Source: Macrostomum hystrix
Taxonomy: Eukaryota > Animalia > Platyhelminthes
NCBI GenBank assembly: GCA_950097015.1
Contig: CATNEN010000038.1
Location: 20,336,001-20,400,000 of the forward strand
Length of the DNA stretch: 64,000 nucleotides
Direction of reading: 5' to 3'
The notes beneath the pieces are model-generated. The model saw only the letters and a list, made by a program, of their open reading frames with translations. It was not told the DNA's origin and ran no database searches. A program made the translations under genes and the position numbers. Position 1 is the stretch's first letter, and every line of letters begins with the position of its first letter. Positions 51,023 through 61,885 of this stretch are shown piece by piece.

Positions 51023-51914
51023 TCGTTGTTGGGATGTAGGATCTACTATTAAATTACGTTTGAGACTTGAATCAAATTAAAACAACGTTTTAAATATTTA
51101 TTTTCTTTGATGACTAAAGTTGCACGTACACTTGAATACAAGGCAAATGTTGAGTCTTTCAAATTAATCTGTTCTAAAAAACATCAAGCGATTCTTGAAA
51201 TCTTCTGAATTCACTCACCAGTTATAAGCAGTTGTCGTTTGAGGTCTTTTGAGAACAGACAATGACGAGACAGACAGCGCTTGTCTGTCTGTATATATCT
51301 ACTCAGATACACACGTGCAGTGGAAGTCTGCTCAGGCTATCAATTTGTTTCGTGCTTGAGTCTGGCAATATATACTTTATACTGTCTAGTCACAATAGCC
51401 TTGTCGTCACGCACAAGTTTCAAACGCGGATGCTTTGTCTTTTACTAAATTTACTAAATTTACTAAACTTGTGTTTTTTTCATTTTTTCACTGAGGTAGC
51501 TAGAATTAGATAATAGGTATAGGTATAGGTATCTACTTCCTGAATTTAGGTATAGACGATAGCTTGCCAGCGATACGGTTTCCCAGATTTCATTCGACAA
51601 AGCTGGACGCATTTCTATCAAAGCCGTCTGCTATTGGCTATTGACCGGTGCGAACCAATCAAATTCGAAGGCAGCTCATGCCTATGTAGCCCTGTGAGAC
51701 GCTATCTCACAATGAATCTTACTTGTGTGAGCTTCCGTAGGGTGTGTAAATCAATTAATCATTGGTTAATTGCATTACGCAACCATTTCTAGTATAGTAT
51801 CAGGGGTTAAGGACCGTCTCGCCATGCTGATGCGCTAGATCACGAGTCGGCAATTCTATTTACCTCGCGGGCCAGAATGATAATAGAAAAGAGAAAAAAG
51901 GCCGCATCGACTGT

Positions 51915-52420
51915 AGAGATATGAGATGCGGGAGAGATGTGTCAGGAAAGAGATGAGACACCAGAGAGATGAGACACCAGAGAGATGAGACACCAGAGAG
52001 ATGAGACACCAGAGAGATGAGACACCAGAGAGATGAGACACCAGAGAGATGAGACACCAGAGAGATTAGACACGTGAAGTATGAGACTCGGAAGAGATGA
52101 GACTCGGAAGAGATGAGACTCGGAAGAGATGAGACTCGGAAGAGATGAGACTCGGAAGAGATGAGACTCGGAAGAGATGAGACTCGGAAGAGATGAGACT
52201 CGGAAGAGATGAGACACCAGAAAGATGAGACAGGGGAGAGATGATATAGGGGAGAGATGTGATTGGGGAGAGATGTGATAGTGGAGAGATGAGATAGGGG
52301 AGATATGTGATAGGGGAGAGATGAGATAGGGGAGAGATGTGGCAGGAGAGATCTGACAGGAAAGAGATTAGAGAAGGCAAGGATGAGACACTAGAGAGAT
52401 AAGGCATGGGGAGATAAGAC
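51915..52420. repeat. Compound 16-bp minisatellite (GAGATGAGACACCAGA)n / (GAGATGAGACTCGGAA)n
   Basis: Two variant blocks plus degenerate flanks. Confidence 0.93.
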
Positions 52421-54151
52421 TCAAAAAAAATTTTGTTGCATGCAGTGACTAGTCTAAATTTCACAATAATTTCTAGAAACCATTATTTTTCTCGTTGATT
52501 CGACTCTTTCCAGCTACTGTACTCAGCAGACTCAAACTATGTAAGCTATATTCGAGTGTTTAAAGATGTGCTATGCGTTGCGCAACTCTATATAAAATAT
52601 GAGACGCGCAACTCTGAAGCATTTGATGGAACTGCAGTGGATCTTCACGTAATCAGCGAGTGGCAGGGCATTCTCTTCGATTTGCATGCGTGGCTATAGC
52701 CATATTATTGGATCACGCAACCACCGATAGGCAATGGACGACGGAGTTTTATATGCCTCATGTAAGCGGCATGGTATGATTTTTGTTGATCGAAAATGTG
52801 ATTTAGCTGCTGAAGTGGATTCTGCGTGCTCAACTCTATCGCATTTGACCAGTTTGTCTATATAATGCTTTCGAAATTCCGCGGCTGCTCATTTTTTTCT
52901 CAAATGCGCACTTAAGTCAGGTCGCTGAGTTTTCCCACAGTTGTTTGGCCCTTCAACTGGCTCCTCTTCATTTTGTATAAATTTCAGCGCTATAGCCCCT
53001 GATTTATGATCGCGCAACCAGCAATTACATCATGCAATTAACTCTCTTCCAATGGGATCCTTCCCATCTGGCACCGGATTTCATGTGATTAATTTTTTTC
53101 TGTAAGATTCAGTCGCTTCTAAAAGTGGATTTGTTATATTTGTTCCAATTTGAAAAATAAAGATAGCCGTCATGGCGTGTTCTAGCTCTCAGCTCCATGG
53201 ATAGGGGCCGGTGCCGCAAGTAGAATCATATATGTTGTGTCTATTAACGTTCTGCGGCGAGCTGCAAAACTGCCAAGAGAATCGGGATGATCCCAAAAAT
53301 TAAAGCAGGGATGCTTGTACACATCTACATAAATAAAATGGATGAATATGACACAACCATCGGTGCAATTTTTTGTAAGAAACCCGTACATATAAATATA
53401 ATATATATTAAAGTGCATGATAACATTTAAAGGTTATACGTCCACGTACCGCAGCTTATTCGAATCCAAATTATTTATCCCAAATTGCCCTCACAAGCAG
53501 CTTGAAATTAAGTAACGATTTATATACTGTTGACCAAATTTCATTCTCTATTGTAATTTAATAAGTCACCCGTTAAATTAGCTTTGGTCAGTTTGGGTTT
53601 CATAACTTCGGAAGAGTTTTGAGAATAGGAAAAAAACATTTCATCAAGTTAATTTACCAAATTATAACGGGTAGTACGTTAATTTTTGACACAAATACAG
53701 AATTTTGAGCCATCAACAACGTGCCTCAACATTTTAGCACATTAACTAGCAAGTTTTTGCACATTTAAAAGCTAGTTATATAACTAGTAAACAGGTAGCT
53801 TAAGGAATAATTATAATAAAAGCTTTGAGTGTGACTTGGGATGCTTTAGAGACGATTAATTATATTTGACACGTTACAACCCGAAAAGTTTGTTTATAAT
53901 ACAATTACTTTTAATCGCACTTATTTGAAAGACTTCTTAGTTGCGAAATCGCACGCCTACACCGCTAGCTAATCCCTCTCACTCTCTCAAGAAGCTTGAA
54001 TCGTTAGTAAATCCGAAACTTGTCCCTAGACCGTGGTTCCTGGTATATATTTTTGTGTAGCGATCTAGCGATTCGATTTAAATCAAGTTTTTGGTGTCTT
54101 TTTCCTATCACTATCCTATACCAACTACACTACAGTTTTATATAGTTTACA

Positions 54152-57100
54152 ATGTCGAGTCAATCAACAGCAGAGAATTATTTGGATTCACAGAAACGCA
54201 CCAATGAGTCACTATCGGAGGACTGGCAGATTATAGAGAAATTTTATTTGAAGAAGTAAGTTAACAATTTAGTGTATCATTATACTTTTTGTCTGGTGTA
54301 CTGAATTTGCAATTGACTAAGTCTGTCTTACTTCTCAACTTTGAAGGGACTAGCAAACAAAGATATATTTATTATGTTTTTTTTAACCTATGGGCGATAC
54401 ATATTATGTTATTTTTTTATTCTGTGATTAGCTTTTGTTTCACAAGCAGTTTTTACCATTATTTTATTATTTGTTAAATCATAAATAACCCGTTATTATT
54501 TTACATTGGTACAAAAAGTTATTAATTAGCTAGCTCATCTAATGCAGTGTATGCTAACTACCTAGATAGTATAGACTAATTTCCTACCTACAGTAGCAAC
54601 TATATAGTTTAAAAATATTCTCCCTAAGTTTGGCTCAAACCATAGTCCCGAGTATGCTCCGTGCACGTGAGAACTGTTTTTGCCCTTGCATGCCATACGC
54701 GGGAGGTGAACCACCAATGCACGCCGCATGCTAAGCTGAATGACGGGGAAGAAGGTTCCAACTTCCAGTGTCCAATGTATGAATGTGTTTTTATGATGAA
54801 CAGAGAAAATGTATGAATGGAGCCAAAACCATTACCATCGGCATCTACATCCAAGTGATCCGACTCCGACATAACTATAAACTTGGAACCATGTCCATAT
54901 TTGTCCATATTTGTATTAAACATGCATCAATCGTCAAAAACTGAAAAATACAAAGGGTGAACATGAACAGTGGTGGTGGGAGGAATTATAGAGGAACACA
55001 AGACACACTTTCAAATGAAAGCGAAAAATAAAACAGTTAAACAAAATACTATACAGTTTGTATTTATTATAAGTTAAAGTGCTTTATAAGTTTGTACAGC
55101 ATAAAAAACTTTTTTTATTATACATATGAAAATATAACTAAGTACATTGTTTTGTTATTGTGTGACATTCCGTTTAAACTTATAAAAGTTTACACCAAAA
55201 CCATTGCACTCAGAAAATTTTATGATGTGGGCCACTGCGCAGCGCAGACCAAAAAAAATTTGCTGCCTCTCGGCTGCACGCCGTGCACGCGGCCCATCAC
55301 TGCCCAAGACCCTGTTGCACTCTTCGGGAGTATGGGGCTCAAATGCCATGTTAATAACTACTAAAAATTAAACTGTTTTTCTAAAAACATTCTAAAACAT
55401 TAGGAAATCATTTTGAAAGAATAGGAAATAACCAAACAATTGAAAACAGTGATATGATGAGCGTCAAATGTTGTGTCAAAATTTTGCAGGGGTAATAATA
55501 AGGGAGTTTGGATCCACATTAATTGACGGCTCTACCAGGCAGCCTCCTGGCATGGTGTTAATAGACTCTAAGTGTTAGTTAACTGTTGAAAATCAGTATA
55601 GTGTGTTAGCAGAATGTAGAAGATATGCTTATGTAATACTATAGCATGGTTTCCAAGGTCGTTAATGTTATGGCTGAGGGAGCGAAGCACCTTGAGGCCA
55701 CAGACATTAAGGACCAAGGAAACCATGCTATAGGGTAATTTTAGTACAATAATAGTTTCCCCATCTATTTTAAAGATTTCTCTAAAAATGGATCAGTCCA
55801 AGGACATGAAAGACTGCCAATGTCTATATTTCTTATGTCTATGGCCGAATATAGCGAGTTAAAGTCTGGATCTTCTGGATTGAAATCACTAACCTGATGG
55901 AAGGAGATAGATCCTACCCTAGCGGTCTGCTATATATTGAATATGGAGACATGGTTGGACTGATGAAGGACGAGATAGCCACACACATGGAAGCTGACAA
56001 CACTCTATTTGCTCTAGAAATGGACGCAGATAGAATAGAAGAGATGGCAGCTGCATTTGCTGCAAGAATTGATGATAATACACTTGCTGAACTGCTAGAT
56101 GCAAAAGAGCCTCGAAACGAAGATATCGAGGCTCTAATGCAAAATCTTGATTTGGTTGAGAAAAAAACTGAACCACTAAGTGTGAGTCAGCAAGAAAAAA
56201 GGGCTCTGGAAAATTTTTATTCAACCATGGAGTCCCTTCAACTTGAAGTCAACATTGAGACCTGCTCAGAGGAGTGATTGGCAGCCTGTATCCAGATTGC
56301 ATATGGAACTATCAAGCACTCTGACAGTGGGTACTATGCACCTGCTACTTTGCACTGTTTCTGGGCCAGTTTGTATCGCTGGCTGCTTCGGACACATGGA
56401 GTGCATATCATGTCAAACCAGCTGTTCAAAAAGTGAACAATATGTTAAAAGTTGCTGCTAAACTGTTTCTGAAGAACCGCGGAGAAGTAAAGAGATTCAG
56501 CTCCATAGAAGACGATGATCTAGATAAGCTTCGAAAGTATTTCGATCGGAGCACACCAGCAAAGTTACAGCATGAGTTCTATTACAATATGATGACTCAT
56601 TTTGGGCTGCGTACGAGAGAGTGGTTTCGATGCCTAACAGTTATGTCGTTCGAAGAGATCATCACTGCATCTGGGCGAGAGGCTATCAAGTTGCGGCCGA
56701 TGGCTACAAAGACTGATGGAGGACACTTGGAAAATGCTGCAAAAAATACTAAACAGGTGCTGATGGTTTCTACCGGCCTACCTGAATGCCCTGTGGGCTG
56801 CTTCAATGACTACATTGAAAGGATCGCGAATGCTAAGAACAGAGAAGGTGTCGTGAACAGCATCGTCTTCATTCGGCCGAGGGCTAAGCCTAACGCAGAC
56901 TCGTGGTATTTTGCCAAGCAGCCGGTTGGACACAATACGCTGGGATCAATGATGCAGACAATATCTGAGAAGGCTGGACTGTCTAGAAGGTATGCGCCTC
57001 ATTGCATCAGAGCAACGGTCGTGAGGGAGCTGCACAACGCTGGTTTTTCGCTGGAAGACATCGGCCATGTGACGGGACATCGTTCGGTTGTGTCAACCCA

Positions 57101-60100
57101 GTGGTACATAAGATACTCAAAGAAGGAGTCCCAACTGGCATGCGTTTCGGATGCATTAAGTCGGGCTGGATGTGAACATAAAGTAAGTTCAGCTTCAACC
57201 ACCAATCTGTCAACTTGCAGTTCTAGTTCTAGTGGCGGCTTCAGTGGTACGTTCACTGGCTGCACATTCAACATTTTTCATAAGTGACATTTTCATATTT
57301 TGCATGACATTTAGGAAAAATAAACTGTTTTACTTGTTAGAAATAATGTAGTTTGTTTAGTTGTTTATACTTGTTCTAAATATACTTGTTCTATACAACT
57401 CTGTTTTCAATATTATAGCTTAACGACCATAGACATTTTGAGTTAAACCTATTTTTTGGATTTCCCTAGGGAAATCCCAGGGACGCGAAAGACCACTTTT
57501 ATCATACTACAATACTTCCCCTGCCACTAATGGGCTCATCCTTTTTGGCCATAGACAGTCCCAAGCATGTCAACCATTTTGCTTTTATCTCCCTCTGCAC
57601 TGAAAATTTGCCAGAGACAAGTTCCCAAGAACCCCAGAAGTAGCCCCAGTTTGTTAGGAGCAAAAAGCAACCTTAACAATCATGCATATGTGTCATGCAT
57701 AGTATACATGCATTGAAACTGTCTTTATGTCCATTTACCCTCAATTGTGTTTGTGTAAGTTGGGTTCATTGTTGGATTAACAAAGTGCCACTTAATGGTT
57801 AATGTGTAGGTCAAGGTTGGGTGGGTTGTATGGCCATTTTCACAAATTAAAATAGTTGAATAAAATATTGAATAATTGAATAACTTTATGCTGGAAACTA
57901 TCATTATGCCTGAATTGTTCTTCTAGATGCACAGTACATAGTAGCACAGTTTTTAAAGTTTATAGCTGTAGCTACTAGTACACAACTTATACAAGTTAGA
58001 AAAATCTAGCTTATTCACATATAGCAGTATATTGTGTATTTTTGTTACAATTAGGTTATTATTTCCTTAGCAGTTGCTAACTATTTCCTTTGTTTTTGAC
58101 TTCATTTACTATGGCATAAAAATCTTTTTTAGCATTAAAGCAACGAATATATGACAAGGACTACTAAACAACACTAATGATATCCAGTACTTCATATTAC
58201 ACATTTTAATGTTTTAAATAAATATTTTACACAATTCAGGCTTTGGCACCAGCTCACCCTAAGGCTGCTTGAGTTTGTCAACAAGGAGGCTGTGTTTCAG
58301 TCCAAGATCTTAGTTGAAGTGAGTTTTTTATTGCATTAGCTACCTAGTAAGCTATTATGAAATATATATTATCTAATTTACTGTCACATTATCTATTTGT
58401 ATGCTCAGGGCTTCTATGAGAACTTCATATCCGACTTTGAGCACATCATCAGCCCACTGGCCCTAGCCGAAATTGTTCAGGTAATTGTGAAGAAAATGCG
58501 CCAGAGCGGTATGCAGGACACAATTCCAGGCTTTGTAGAACGCATCCGGGACAAAGTATTGGCCAAGGCTAAGGATGGCACTCTGGCTGTTGTGCTGTGC
58601 AATATCACTCTGGGCAATATGTACCTGGAGGATCGAAAGGTGAGTTCGTAAATTAGCTACGTCGATTTTCCAATAAAATACTGAAATCTGCACATTTCTT
58701 TCTGACGCCTTTTTTTTAAAGGACCATCCATTGACTCGCAAACTAATTGAGGAAGCTGGATTTAAGCTGCTAGAGTTCGATTACGTCACCCCTGTGCACG
58801 ATCGTTATTTTGCCCTTTCTTCGGCCTATCATCGCACCCTCGGCAATCACGCCGAGTATTATAGGGAGGCGCTGCGTTATCTTGGCTGCACCAAACTTGA
58901 CAGCATGCCCATAGAAGAGAAGCGAGCCTGGGCTGGCACTGTTGCGGTTGCCGCTCTGCTAGGCAAAGGTGTGCATTGCACAGACTTTTATTTTCAATCT
59001 ACTGATTATGTGGGACTACAACAGATGTTTGGGACTGCATTACATGGTGTGGGACTGCTGTAGATAATGTGGGACTACAATAGATGGTTTGGGACTGCAT
59101 TACATGGTGTGGGACTGCTGTAGATAATGTGGGACTACAATAGATGGTTTGGGACTGCATTACATGGTGTGGGACTGCTGTAGATAATGTGGGACTACAA
59201 TAGATGGTTTGGGAATGCATTACATGGTGTGGGACTGCTGTAGATAATTTGGGACTACAATAGATGGTTTGGGAATGCTTTACATGGTGTGGGACTGCTG
59301 TAGATAGTGTGGGGCTACAGTATATAGTGTGGGACTACAGTATATAGTGTGGGACTACGGTATATAGTGTGGGACTACAGTATATAGTGTGGGACTACAG
59401 TATATAGTGTGGGACTACAGTATATAGTGTGGGACTACGGTATATAGTGTGGGACTACAGTATATAGTGTGGGACTACAGTATATAGTGTGGGACTACGG
59501 TATATAGTGTGGGACTACAGTATATAGTGTGGGACTACGGTATATAGTGTGGGACTGCTGTAGATAATTTGGGACTACAATAGATGGTTTGGGAATGCTT
59601 TACATGGTGTGGGACTGCTGTAGATAGTGTGGGGCTACAGTATATAGTGTGGGACTACAGTATATAGTGTGGGACTACGGTATATAGTGTGGGACTACAG
59701 TATATAGTGTGGGACTACAGTATATAGTGTGGGACTACGGTATATAGTGTGGGACTACAGTATATAGTGTGGGACTACAGTATATAGTGTGGGACTACAG
59801 TATATAGTGTGGGACTACAGTATATAGTGTGGGGCTACAGTATATAGTGTGGGACTACAGTATATAGTATGGGACTAAAGTAGATTGTGTGGGACGGCTG
59901 TAGATAAGATCAGAATATGCACACTATATATTAGACGTGCCAATAGACGTCAATTTGGACTAAAATAATAACAAAAAAGGTTATAATAAAATCATTTGAT
60001 CTCTCTACTGTTTTAAAGGTGTGTACAACTTTGGCGAGCTGCTAATGCACGAGGTGCTGGGCTCCCTTGAAAATACCGACCAATCCTGGCTAGTGCAGCT

Positions 60101-61161
60101 ACTGTTTGCATTTAACAAAGGCGATATTGCTGCATTTGCTCAACTGAGGCCACAATGGAGCAGTCAGCTCGATCTAGCCAAACAGGAGCAGTTTCTAAAG
60201 CAGAAGGTGACGCTAATGTGTCTGATTGAATTGGCTTTTAAAAGGCCAACGACACAGCGCCAGATTCCGTTTGCCGAAATTAGTCAGGTAAAACACTCTT
60301 GTTTTGTTTCTAAAAAATATTCGGTTTAATAAATCCAGTATTAGTAAGTAAAGTAAAGTACAATTAGTAGTGCTTGTCACTCAGTAAAGTACATTTATTA
60401 GCGCATGTCACTCAGTAAAGTACATTTAGTAGTGCTTGTTACTCAGTATAGTACATTTAGTAGTGCGTGTCGCTCAGTAAAGTACATTTAGTAGTGCGCG
60501 TCACTCAGTAAAGTACATTTAGTAGTGCATATCACTTATTAATTTACATTTATTAGTGCATGTCACTCAGTAAAGTACATTTAGTAGTGCATGTCACTCA
60601 GTAAAGTACATTTAGTAGTGCGCGTCACTCAATAAAGTACATTTATTGGTGCAAGTCACTCAGTAAAGTACATTTAGTAGTGCTTGACCCTCAGTAAAGT
60701 ACATTTAGTAGTGCTTGACCCTCAGTAAAGTACATTTAGTAGTGCTTGACCCTCAACAAAGTACATGTAGTCGTGCGATTCACTAATTAATGTACATTTA
60801 GTAGTGTATATATGTCACTCAACAAAGTAAAATTAGTTGTAGCACCAAGTCAAGTTAAGCGCATTTAGTAATTCTGCTCGGTAGAGTTTGCAATTACACA
60901 GTTTTGTTATAATTTCAGGCTACGATGGTTCCCGTAGAAGAGGTGGAATACCTGCTAATGCGAGCCCTAAGTCTAGATCTGATTCGAGGCAAGATTAACG
61001 AAGTTGACAAATTAGTCCACGTGACCTGGGTGCAGCCGCGTGTTCTAGACGTGCACCAGCTAGCCTCGGTGCAGAGCAAATTAGCCGCCTGGGTTAGCTC
61101 GGCCGCCGCCATCGAGGACACAATGCGCGGCAATGCCGGAGACGGTCTAATGGCCTCTTAA
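54152..61161 (+). CDS. PSMD13: 26S proteasome non-ATPase regulatory subunit 13 (Rpn9); 6 exons
   Basis: Exons 54152-54255, 58240-58318, 58409-58639, 58722-58968, 60019-60287, 60919-61161, all GT-AG and in frame. KKLWHQLT, FYENFISDFEH, HAEYYREALRYLGC, GVYNFGELLMH, EVEYLLMRALSLDLIRGKINEVD..TWVQPRVLD (PCI domain). Confidence 0.97.
55639..55733. repeat. Terminal inverted repeat/hairpin of Crypton
   Basis: CTATAGCATGGTTTCC (55639-55654) and GGAAACCATGCTATAG (55718-55733) form a perfect 16-bp IR, with further pairing inside (GGTC.TTAATGT / ACATTAA.GACC). Confidence 0.9.
55897..57287 (+). pseudogene. Crypton tyrosine recombinase (DUF3504/KCTD1-ZMYM-related), one in-frame stop and one frameshift
   Basis: HFGLRTRE, CPV..F..Y, WY..QPVGHNTL, HCIRAT, TGHRS....WY give the R-HxxR-H-Y catalytic set. 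The frame continues past TGA 56275-56277 (LAACIQIAYG..YYAPATL..SLYRWL) and shifts at the A5 run 56428-56432. Confidence 0.88.
59000..59905. repeat. 20-bp-based minisatellite (TATATAGTGTGGGACTACAG)n with 60-bp trimer zone, in PSMD13 intron 4
   Basis: Direct reading. Confidence 0.96.
60345..60845. repeat. 31-bp minisatellite (CAGTAAAGTACATTTAGTAGTGCATGTCACT)n in PSMD13 intron 5
   Basis: Direct reading. Confidence 0.94.
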
Positions 61162-61885
61162 TTGCCGATTCATTAATTATTTTAATGAATTTTTGTTGTA
61201 TAAGTTCCACAACTGGCATGTTATGTTTGCTAAGGAAATCTAACGACTAGTACGCAAGTAAAAATGAATACAAAATCTAAACTTAAAGTTGAATTAGAAG
61301 AATGAAATTGTAGATCCTATCCCAGTGCGTTGCTATGCAGTTTTGTAAGCCTCTTTTTCTCTTTCTCTGTGTGTGACGCCTTTTTGTTTTACTAAAATAT
61401 CCTACAATCCTATGTTGGCAGTAGCGAAGCATCCTAACAATTCTATTTATATGGCTAGTAAAATAAAAAACTTGCGCGAGAGAAGCTAATAATTATAAGA
61501 AATACAAACCTATGTTTCGAGTGAATGTCTGTTTGTGCTTTTTTCGAATATTAACAAAGTGAGTTTCACACGTTCGATGATTTATTATGAGAAATCATTT
61601 ATTAGATAGCAATGTCAGACAATCTCATTAGACCCACTAAAATTAGACACTGAAATTACTGAGATAAGACACTAACATTAGACACCGAGATTAGACAGTT
61701 AAGATTAGGAAATGGCTGAGGTTAGAAGTAGATTAGACTTTTGTCGCGGACAAAAGGATACGAATTGTTAATTTTCAGAACAACTTCATTAATCATTCAT
61801 TTTCAGAATCAAGAGTACTTTCAATTCTTTATTTTGCTTCTGTTCTATTAAGAAAGCGCGATTTGCCTTGTATAAGATCTTGAAA

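Larger units (their letters stand above)
55636..57509 (+). mobile_element. Crypton-type tyrosine-recombinase DNA transposon in PSMD13 intron 1
   Basis: YR ORF; ATACTA direct repeat at 55636-55641 and 57504-57509; left terminal hairpin; subterminal inverted TGTCTATGG / CCATAGACA. Confidence 0.82.

Noticed and set aside
55240-55305. hAT-like terminus (reverse complement CAGTGATGGGC)
   Set aside because: No convincing partner TIR or 8-bp TSD found.
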